From assembly GCA_051294375.1 (NCBI GenBank), contig CM119264.1:15154682-15218681 (forward strand): a stretch of 64,000 nucleotides of DNA, read 5' to 3'. Below the pieces are notes generated by a model. The model ran no database searches. It was given only the letters and a program-made list of their open reading frames with translations, and had not been told where the DNA came from. Positions 54,186 to 64,000 of this stretch are shown piece by piece (positions within the stretch are counted from its first letter, which is position 1; each line of letters opens with the position of its first letter). This DNA comes from Paraspadella gotoi. Its lineage: Eukaryota; Animalia; Chaetognatha. A program made the position numbers and the translations under genes.

Positions 54186-55887
54186 CAGGGTAGTGAATCA
54201 AAACTTAGAATAGAATTCATAAGATTTCGATGGCAAAAAATTAATGAATTTTATTTTATAATACATCAAAATAGTCACTGATATTTTTTCTCTCTGATAG
54301 CGGTTTCATTTTTTTCATACTTCACGGTACCGAGAAGAATGCAACGTTGTATGGTGGACTAAAAGTCCACCAACCGTTCATCAGCGGCCATTGGTGCCGG
54401 AGGCAATCATTAGCCTCCAACCCAAAGGTCCAGGGTTCTAGCCCGGTGCTGGCGAGCAGTTAAGAGGGATGGGGCGCTTAACCCGCCTGTAACATGGTGT
54501 TACAGCCTGATCCGAAGCTCAGGGACTGCTTATATTGAATGGTTCTGTCATTAACACATATCAATAACTACTGTCTCTTCATTGGTGAGCCCGACTTCCG
54601 AACACAACAGCAACAAACACTTTCAGGCGACATGCCTCAACTTGGTGACGAACTTTCCACCAACAACAATTCACTGAAAGACGCAACAGACTTCTCCCTA
54701 CGGGAGGGGGGATGTATGGTGTTACAGCCTGATCCGAAGCTCAGGGGACTGCTTTATATTGAATGGTTCTGTCATTAACACATATCAATAATTACTGTCT
54801 CTTCAGTTGGTTGAATTTGCTCCGCGCCGGATTTCAGCTTAAAACCACTATTAAAATATATTAATATTCCCTAGTAGTAGGTTATATTATTAAGAAAGTT
54901 ATTAAGAATAGGAATAACTAGTATTCTAGGTCGGGAAACCGTGCACTAAAGCTCAGTCGATTAGAGCCATATATAAGGGTGCTGTAAGCAACAATTGTAG
55001 CATACCCAAAACCAACAATAGACGTGCTGGAAACACCTTTATATGCTAAAAGGAAAATTCTAAAGAGAGAAAATGAAGAACTAAATTTAGAAATATATAC
55101 TGGGACATGTTATCTTTATTACCCTATAGCGATTAAGCTGCAGCAGTTTGAAAAGTTATTTTTATCCTTGATTATAAAAAGCAATTTTAAGAGGCTGTAA
55201 AGATTTATTTTTTTTCTCAAGTTCACACTGTAGTGGCCCCTCTGGCTGAGTGCGATCTCTGTGATCTTATGAAAACAATAACTACTGAAGTTGGGACTCT
55301 ATGTATAAAATATCAAGTTAATAGCATAATGCAACCTACTGCAGCGTCAGATAAAAAAAATTTTTCTTTGTATTTTTGCTACTGGGTGAAAAATCATTGC
55401 TGCAGTCTATTATAGAGTACTGAGATTCCATTTCTTGATATTTATGAAGAAGCAATACCCTTGGGTTTAATATGTATGGCAGTAACAAAGAGCTTTATTG
55501 TTTACAGCTGAAAAAAATAAAGATTTCAAATGCAGTAACATTTTAATTTTTGACTGAAGGATTTTTCGCTTGATATTATTATTATTATTATTATTAAATT
55601 CTTTTTAACTTTGCTAAGTAAGGCGTTTTAAAGGGCGGCACCCGTATGACTTTTAACCAAAATATTGATAGGCGAGGATAATCCGTTTATGAACAGCAGC
55701 TGTGATTCTTTTGGGTGCTGTGGCAGGTGTCGTTTTTGCAACAGTGCTTATCGCATTGCATTAATAGTTAGAACAAGGTCTGGTTAAGTATCTTTAATTA
55801 ATTTTTTTTCATTAAATGCACACGATGCATCACAAAATAAAAAAAAGATGGTGATACGGATTTTCTAAGTTTTGAATCACTACTCTG
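54186..55887. mobile_element. Tc1/mariner-like non-autonomous element (same family as 3352-5574) hosting a TRIM
   Basis: TA|CAGGGTAGTGAATCAAAACTTAG...CTAAGTTTTGAATCACTACTCTG|TA. Confidence 0.8.
54350..54805 (+). mobile_element. TRIM copy with internally deleted 3' LTR; twister at 54456-54529; duplicate 58265-58717
   Basis: TSD GTTG, PBS, PPT; empty site seen in the host family copy at ~5410-5430. Confidence 0.9.
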
Positions 55888-56025
55888 TACTATGTATAAA
55901 TATGGGCGTATGCAAATATTGAGAAATTTAAACAAACTTTTTTTATATATCTATGTTCTTTAGTCCAAGACTGTTCATGTTTAACTATTCAAATTTGATC
56001 TGAAACTTTCGCTACGCCTTAATGT

Positions 56026-56676
56026 TATGGTGGACTAAAATCCACCAACCGTTCATCAGCGGCCATTGGTGCCGGAGGCAAGTCATTCACCTCCCAACCC
56101 AAAGGTCCGGGGTTCTAGCCGCGTGGTCGTCTTGGCAGTTAAGAGGGACGGGGCGCTTAACCCGCCTGTAACATGGTGTTACAGCCTGATCGAAGCTCAG
56201 GGACTGCTTATATTGAACGGTTCTGTCACTAACACATATAAATAATTACTGTCTCTTCATTGGTGAGCCCGACTTCCGAACACATCAGCAACAACAACAC
56301 TTTCAGGCGACATGCCTCAACCTGGGATGCACTTTCGCCCACAACACATCAGGCGACATGCCTCACTTGTGACGAACTTTCCACAACAACAACAATTCAC
56401 TGAAGAGACGCAACAGACATCTTCCTACGGGAGGGGGGATGTATGGTGGACTAAAATCCACCAACCGTTCATCAGCGGCCATTGGTGCCGGAGGCAAGTC
56501 ATTCACCTCCCAACCCAAAGTCCGGGGTTCTAGCCCGGTGGTCGTCTGGCAGTTAAGAGGGACGGGCGGCGCTTAACCCGCCTGTAACATGGTGTTACAG
56601 CCTGATCGAAGCTCAGGGACTGCTTATATTGAAACGGTTCTGTCACTAACACATATAAATAATTACTGTCTCTTCA
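56026..56676 (+). mobile_element. Complete TRIM copy (tRNA+twister LTRs); duplicate 59909-60552
   Basis: Two LTRs, PBS TGGTGAGCCCGAC, PPT, TSD ATGT. Confidence 0.92.
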
Positions 56677-57539
56677 ATGTGTATGTTATTTATTAGTTAT
56701 TACGATAACTTAACCTCTCACAAATTTTAACTCAGAAGTTATTAGAAATATTTTTCTTTCAAATTGATAAAAACTTCATTGTGTCGTACAAAGACTTAAT
56801 TTTTATCTCACCAGACGTGCAAGGCCCGTCTTGGAGTGATTTAGCATTGTTTCTTTGTGCTATCGTCGTCGTTGTCGTCACAATTTTTTACAGTTAAAAT
56901 TTATAAAAGTGTGTAATCATAAAAAGCTAAAAATTTAGATTATATCTATTTTTATGTAAAAACTATTACGAATTGCGATTGATTCTTGTAAAAATCCGAT
57001 CATAGGAAGCAAAAAATTTAGTTATAAAACAATATTTTTAAAGATCTTGATAATGAGAAGCCATATCGATACTCAGATTTGTTTGTTTTATTTACAAAAC
57101 AATTTTTATATAAAAACTACTACTACTACTACTTTTTCTCTGTCGCTGCCTCTTCTGATTTGTTTAAAAACGAGTTCAGCTCTGCAACGGCTAAACTTCT
57201 CTTTCCCTTTTTTTTCCTTTCTCTCTTTCTCTTTCTCTCTCTTTCACTCATACACGTGTTTTATTTATCGCATGAATAATTAGGTATCATGGCATTAATA
57301 ATTAGTAGGGTGGAGTGATGAAAAGGTTGAGCGATGGAACAATGTTTTTTTGTTGCCTTTGTATATGTAATTTAAAAAAATTAAACCCTTTTTTAAATAA
57401 ATTTTGCATAACAGTATCATTAATTAAATTTTCTTTATAGTAATATCCTTATAAAATCATAAAATTTCAAAAATCATATTTTTTTTAATTGGATTCGCCG
57501 GAAAAAACTAAAAAACTTTTGTAAAATAAAGAGAGAGAA

Positions 57540-60500
57540 TGAGAAGAGGGCAGTTTCACAGCCGTACCAGGCCGAGAGACATTCTGGAGCCCTTGACTCT
57601 CCCACAAGGAAGCCTCCCTTTGTTCCAGCTCAAAAGGCTCAACCGACTTGTTCTCAACCACTGACAGGCGTCATGACGACCCCATCGATTAGGCGCTTTC
57701 ATTTGCTTCAACCATCTCTGTGTTGGAAACTTTGCCCTCTCTCTCTATTTTTCTCTCTTTCTCTCTTCTTCTTTTGCACAATTCATTTAAAAATTCACAA
57801 ATAATTTGTTAACGCTGAAGAAGTGAAGAAGGCTTGTATGTAAGCCGAAACATGTACGTTTTTACAAATAAAGTCATTGTAGAAAAACATTAAAAACGTC
57901 TTCAATATATTAACCTATAATTAGTTTTCAGTATAAAAATATAGTTTTTTAAATTTTTGGCTATTACTTAATGAAAGAATTTTTGATGAAGAGAATTAAT
58001 TAATTAATTAAGAAGATTATTAATTAATCTTTGAGGAATTCGAATCTGCTTTCAAAACTAATAAAACGTTATTTTAAAATTTTAACATTTTCTATGGTAA
58101 GTACAGGGTAGTGAATCAAAACTTAGAATAGAATTCATAAGATTTCGTGGCAAAAATTAATGAATTTTATTTATAATACATCAAAATAGTCACTGATATT
58201 TTTTCTCTCTGATAGCGGTTTCATTTTTTCATACTTCACGGTACCGAGAAAGAATGCAACGTTGTATGGTGGACTAAAATCCACCAACCGTTCATCAGCG
58301 GCCATTGGTGCCGGAGGCAAGTCATTAGCCTCCCAACCAAAGGTCCAGGGTTCTAGCCCGTGGGCTGCGAGCAGTTAAGAGGGATGGGGCGCTTAACCCG
58401 CCTGTAACATGGTGTTACAGCCTGATCCGAAGCTCAGGGACTGCTTATATTGAATGGTTCTGTCATTAACACATATCAATAACTACTGTCTCTTCATTGG
58501 TGAGCGACTTCGCGAACACAACAGCAACAACACTTTCAGGCGACATGCCTCAACTTGGTGACGAACTTTCCACCAACAACAATTACGAGAGACGCAACAG
58601 ACTTCTCCCTACGGGAGGGGGGGATGTATGGTGTTACAGCCTGATGCCGAAGCTCAGGGACTGCTTTATATTGAATGGTTCTGTCATTAACACATATCAA
58701 TAATTACTGTCTCTTCATGTTGAATTTAGCTCCGCGCCGGATTTCAGCTTAAAACCACTATTAAAATATATTAATATTCCCTAGTAGTGGTTATATTATT
58801 AAGAAAGTTATTAAGAATAGGAATAGTATTATCTACGGAGACAGTGCACTAAAGCTCAGTCGATTAGAGCCATATATAAGGTGCTGTAAGAAACAATTGT
58901 AGCATACAAAAAACCAACAATAGACGTTGCTGGAAACACCTTTATATGCTAAAAGGAAAATTCTAAAGAGAGAAAATGAAGAACTAAATTTAAGATTATA
59001 CTGGGACATGTATCTTTATTACCCTATAGCGATTAAGCTGCAGCAGTTTGAAAGTTATTTTTATCCTTGATTATAAAAAGCAATTTTAAGAGGCTGTAAA
59101 GATTATTTTTATAGATATCTTAGTGCTCTGCTGAGTGCGATTTGTGATCTTATGAAAACAATAACTACTGAAGTTGGGACTCTATGTATAAAATATCAAG
59201 TTAATAGCATAATGCAACCTACTGCAGCGTCAGATAAAAAAAAATTTTTCTTTGTATTTTTGCTACTGGGTGAAAAAATCATTGCTGCAGTCTATTATAG
59301 AGTACTGAGATTCCATTTCTTGATATTATGAAGAAGCAATACCCTTGGGTTTAATATGTATGGCAGTAACAAAGAGCTTTATTGTTTACAGCTGAAAAAA
59401 ATAAAGATTTCAAATGCAGTAACATTTTAATTTTTGACTGAAGGATTTTTCGCTTGATATTATTATTATTATTATTATTAATTCTTTTTAACTTTGCTAA
59501 GTAAGGCGTTTTAAAGGGCGGCACCCGTATGACTTTTAACCAAATATTGATAGGCGAGGATAATCCGTTTATGAACAGCAGCTGTGATTCTTTTGGGTGC
59601 TGTGGCAGGTGTCGTTTTTGCAACAGTGCTTATCGCATTGCATTAATAGTTAGAACAAGGTCTGGTTAAGTATCTTTAATTAATTTTTTTTCATTAAATG
59701 CACACGATGCATCACAAAATAAAAAAAAGATGGTGATACGGATTTTCTAAGTTTTGAAATCACTACTCTGTACTATGTATAAATATGGGCGTATGCAAAT
59801 ATTGAGAAATTTAAACAAACTTTTTTAATATATCTATGTTCTTTAGTCCAAGACTGTTCATGTTTAACTATTCAAATTTGATCTGAAACTTTCGCTACGC
59901 CTTAATGTTATGGTGGACTAAAATCCACCAACCGTTCATCAGCGGCCATTGGTGCCGGAGGCAAGTCATTCACCCCCAACCCAAAGGTCCGGGGTTCTAG
60001 CCCGGTGGCGTCTGGCAGTTAGAGGGACGGGGCCTTAACCCGCCTGTAACATGGTGTTACAGCCTGATCCGAAGCTCAGGGACTGCTTATATTGAACGGT
60101 TCTGTCACTAACACATATAAATAATTATTGTCTCTTCATTGGTGAGCCCGACTTCCGAACAATCAGCAACAACAACACTTTCAGGCGACATGCTCAACCT
60201 GGCGATGCACTTCCGCCCACAACACATCAGGCGACATGCCTCAACTTGGTGACGAACTTTCCACCAACAACAACAATTCACTGAAGAGACGCAACAGACA
60301 TCTTCCTACGGAGGGGGGGATGTATGGTGGACTAAAATCCACCAACCGTTCATCAGCGGCCATTGGTGCCGGAGGCAAGTCATTCACCTCCCAACCCAAA
60401 GGTCCGGGGTTCTAGCCCGGTGTCGTCTGGCAGTTAAGAGGGACGGGGCGCTTAACCCGCCTGTAACAGTGTTACAGCCTGATCCGAAGCTCAGGGACTG

Positions 60501-61400
60501 CTTATATTGAACGGTTTGTCACTAACACATATAAATAATTACTGTCTCTTCAATGTGTATGTTATTTATTAGTTATTACGATAACTTAACCTCTCACAAA
60601 TTTTAACTCAGAAGTTATTAGAAATATTTTTCTTTCAAATTGATAAAAACTTCATTGTGTCGTACAAAGACTTAATTTTTATCTCACCAGACGTGCAAGG
60701 CCCGTCTTGGAGTGATTTAGCATTGTTTCTTTGTGCTATCGTCGTCGTTGTCGTCACAATTTTTTACAGTTAAAATTATAAAGTGTGTAATCATAAAAAG
60801 CTAAAAATTTAGATTATATCTATTTTTATGTAAAAACTATTACGAATTGCGATTGATTCTTGTAAAAATCCGATCATAGGAAGCAAAAATTTAGTTATAA
60901 AACAATATTTTTAAAGATCTTGATAATGAGAAGCCATATCGATACTCAGATTTGTTTGTTTTATTTACAAAACAATTTTTATATAAAAACTACTACTACT
61001 ACTACTTTTTCTCTGTCGCTGCCTCTTCTGATTTGTTTAAAAACGAGTTCAGCTCTGCAACGGCTAAACTTCTCTTTCCCTTTTTTTTCCTTTCTCTCTT
61101 TCTCTTTCTCTCTCTTTCCACTCATACACGTGTTTTATTTATCGCATGAATAATTAGGTATCATGGCTTAATAATTAGTAGGGTGGAGTGATGAAAAGGT
61201 TGAGCGATGGAACAATGTTTTTTTGTTGCCTTTGTATATGTAATTTAAAAATTAAACCTTTTTTTTAAATAAATTTTGCATAACAGTATCATTAATTAAA
61301 TTTTCTTTATAGTAATATCCTTATAAAATCATAAAATTTCAAAAATCATATTTTTTTTAATTGGATTCGCCGGAAAAAACTAAAAAACTTTTGTAAAATA
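57540..61400 (+). repeat. Near-identical tandem copy of ~53617-57527 (probable assembly overlap artefact)
   Basis: Same TE order and TSDs; indel-rich at the junction. Confidence 0.85.
60430..60501 (+). ncRNA. Type-P5 twister ribozyme with intact core; predicted cleavage 60453/60454
   Basis: GCAGUU-AAGAGG-GA-CGG-GGCGCU-U^AA-CCC-GC-CUGUAAC..GUUACAG-CCUGA-UCCGAAGC-UCAGG-GACUGC. Confidence 0.8.
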
Positions 61401-61604
61401 TGTTTTATGATATTTTTAGATTAAAGCTGCAAAAAATAACTAAAACGTTTCATCATATAATAGTTTCTACTACAGAACGTAAAAAAGTAGGATATTTTAA
61501 TCTTTTTTTCCATTTTTGATACTGAAGGCATTGAAATTTTTAATAACATATTTTTATATTTTTGATCTAACTTTTTATGAAGAATCAGAATCTTTAATAA
61601 AATA

Positions 61605-62264
61605 CTATGATTCGCTTATCAAAAGCGTGGTGGAGGCCCCGTCTCCACCACGTCCGCACAATGATTCCCCCATCTCCACTCACGAGATAGGCGGAGACCC
61701 TTGCGCAGGCAATGGGCAGACGATACCTCTCCTTCAACTGCAGCAACTCATTCCCTTCCTCTGTGGACTGAGCGCCGCCAAAGCGACGGCTGCAGGAGGA
61801 AGGGGGGAGGCCACCACTCCTGTCGCGAAAGTGGCAAGAATGGACAGCCGCCCACCTCGCCAGCATGCCAAGAGGGCAGTCGGTAGGCGTACCAGGCCAG
61901 AGAGACATCCGAGTAGCCTTTGGTTTCTTCCCGCAAGGAAGTCTTCCCAGCTCTGCACTAGTAGGCTCCACCAACCTGTCCTCTCAGCCAATGACACACC
62001 AATGACCCGACCTTATCAATCTAACCTTTCATTTGTTCATAACCAAGGGGGGCCAGCTCATTTTTGAGCTCTTTCTTATTACTTGAAATTTCCCTTTTCC
62101 TAATTACTTAGCTATCCCTCACTAACAATAAATATTTCACATTTCTGAACTTCTATTTCATTTCACTAATTTATTATGTAGCTAATTGTTGATATTATTC
62201 ATTATTAAAGTTTACCAAATTTTAACATTGTTGTACATTTCATAATGTAATATATTTTCAGGCA

Positions 62265-62310
<46 letters not shown>

Positions 62311-62540
62311 CAATTTCTTTTCACAAACTATCTCTGTCCTCACCTTCACCTGTCCCTAATAAAAAACTGAACACTATCCTTTCTCTCAAACTCTGTGTTG
62401 GAAACTTTGCTCTGTCTCTCTCTCTCTCTCTCTCTCTTTCTTTATGCACAAAATTCTCTTCAAATTCACAAATTGAATTGGCGCTGAAGAAGACTTGCGT
62501 GAGTCGAAACATGTCCGTTTCACTATGAAATGAAAATTCG
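61605..62540 (+). mobile_element. Third Penelope-like subfamily 3' end with hammerhead at 62481-62519
   Basis: YDSLIKSVVEAPSPPRPHNDSP tail; GCG-CUGAAGA-A-GACUU..GAGUC-GAAA-CAUG-UC^CGU. Confidence 0.85.
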
Positions 62541-62565
62541 NNNNNNNNNNNNNNNNNNNNNNNNN

Positions 62566-64000
62566 GTGTACGGAAAATAACTTATTCTCTAATATTTCGA
62601 GTAAATTTGCCAGCTTCTCTACTTTCCCGTTGTCTTTGCCTCTTTATACAGACATCCGATAAATGGCCTTCATTGCTGCGATGACACGAACATCTTTAGG
62701 CTTTTTCTCTTTTGTTTCTACTTAAGTAACAGATCTCGAAGGCAGTGTACAGCTGATTCTGATGGTGTGCCCGTGATTTAGATTAGATTTCGATTAAGAT
62801 CTTATCGAATTCTACCCAGTGGCATCTTCAGATCTCAACGTTGTCACTGGGTTTTTAGTTCTTTTCAAGAGCATTAGAAACTCTCTTATCAGATATCTCG
62901 AAGCTTATTCTTTTGTGTGATCGCTGGTTTGGTGGACTTTTTCTATGAGAGAAAGCATTCTCTATTTTTGTATATTATTGGCTTCAGAAACACAGTAAGA
63001 AAGACACTTTAAAATTTATATATATTTGCTGAGTTTGTAATAAATGTTTGTTATTCTTTGCCAGGACTTCTAACAGACAATTGCTACAACTCCAACGACT
63101 CTACAATCAAGCTACGAACCCTTCAACGACTTTACAAGCCTACTCTACAACATTTCGTCAGTCTGGGCTTAGTTGGACAGTCGTCATTTCGCCATTCGCC
63201 GACGTCGTCTACTGAGCACTTGTCTCAGCATCTCCAGGCGTCGGACCCGGCCATCGCTCTCTTCGCGCCATTTAAACCCAATCCATCTGGTTGAATCGCA
63301 GAATAGTCAGCATTAGAATTCAAAGACGCCACTTTCTCCGAACTATATTCAAAAACATAGAATCCTCGTTGCGGGAAACACCTCTCAAGTGCTTCGTCTA
63401 TTAAGCTCATCCCGCGAGTTGGCGACTCCACCGGAAAAGATCCACCTGCCGTCATCTCTAGCGAACTGAGTCGACTTGTCCATCAATCGAAGCCCTTGCC
63501 ACGGCCTCGACGACGAAGGATCCGCGGCAGCCTCGCTGCTGTCATTGCGATTACGCTCCTCGACTACGCGACGCCACGGCGCGCGAATTGGACACGTCGA
63601 CGATTGTTCACCCGGCTCTATCTCGAAACTGCAGTGAGATGGGAAGTCCGGTTTCGACTGGTTTATTCTTCGTCTTGCGTCGCGGCGCCACCTGATCTTC
63701 GCGAAGCCTCCTCGACTTCAACGCCTCTTTAAATCCATCTGGCGCGACGAATAGAACGGGAAGAAAAAGCGCCCACATCAAAAATACGTCGAAGCTCGAG
63801 TCCGAACAGCCTTCAAGGAACTCCCTTCGCTCTTTGTGGATTCGCCCTCTTTGTTAAGACGAATCACTCGCGCTAGTGCCAAAGAGAAACATCGACGACA
63901 TTAAGACGGCCGGGCTGATACCCCTCCAACTAAGCCACCGCAAGATATCCGACAACCTTCTTCACAACGGCGACAACCCTTTTCCCGACATCAAGACCCT
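62566..64000 (+). mobile_element. Longer relative of HINE family 3 (possible Helentron 5' region)
   Basis: ~62700-63355 aligns with ~26280-26925, then continues as GC-rich sequence absent from the short copy. Confidence 0.5.

Noticed and set aside
56026-56676. SINE dimer
   Set aside because: PBS, PPT, fixed termini and 4-bp TSDs indicate an LTR element
53617-61400. Five independent TRIM insertions
   Set aside because: 58265 and 59909 copies share TSDs and flanks with 54350 and 56026, so only three are independent

Overview
AT-rich animal genomic DNA (short GT-AG introns, axonemal CCDC146 gene, so a lineage with motile cilia/flagella). It is a draft assembly with 3 N-gaps, homopolymer frameshifts and two probable artefactual tandem duplications. 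Host genes: first coding exon of ILRUN/C6orf106 (-), a complete ubiquilin with an unusual His/Gln-rich N-terminal extension (-), the 3' half of DDX42 (-), and the 5' two-thirds of a CCDC146/MBO2-like gene (+, 24.4-52.8 kb). The rest is nested mobile DNA: three Helentron-type HINE families, TIR MITEs, Gypsy-like remnants and solo LTRs, an L1/Tx1 fragment, and Penelope-like elements with minimal hammerhead ribozymes. Best candidate for a new system: a ~650-bp non-autonomous LTR element (TRIM; 234-bp LTRs, tRNA-Trp-like PBS, PPT, 4-bp TSDs). Each intact LTR holds a 72-nt tRNA-like Pol III promoter followed directly by a circularly permuted (type-P5) twister ribozyme. A diverged second family at ~50.6 kb shows compensatory changes in P3, P4, P5 and the T1 pseudoknot. 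This looks like a twister-based animal LTR 'retrozyme'. All homology calls are by eye from remembered family motifs; no searches were run.
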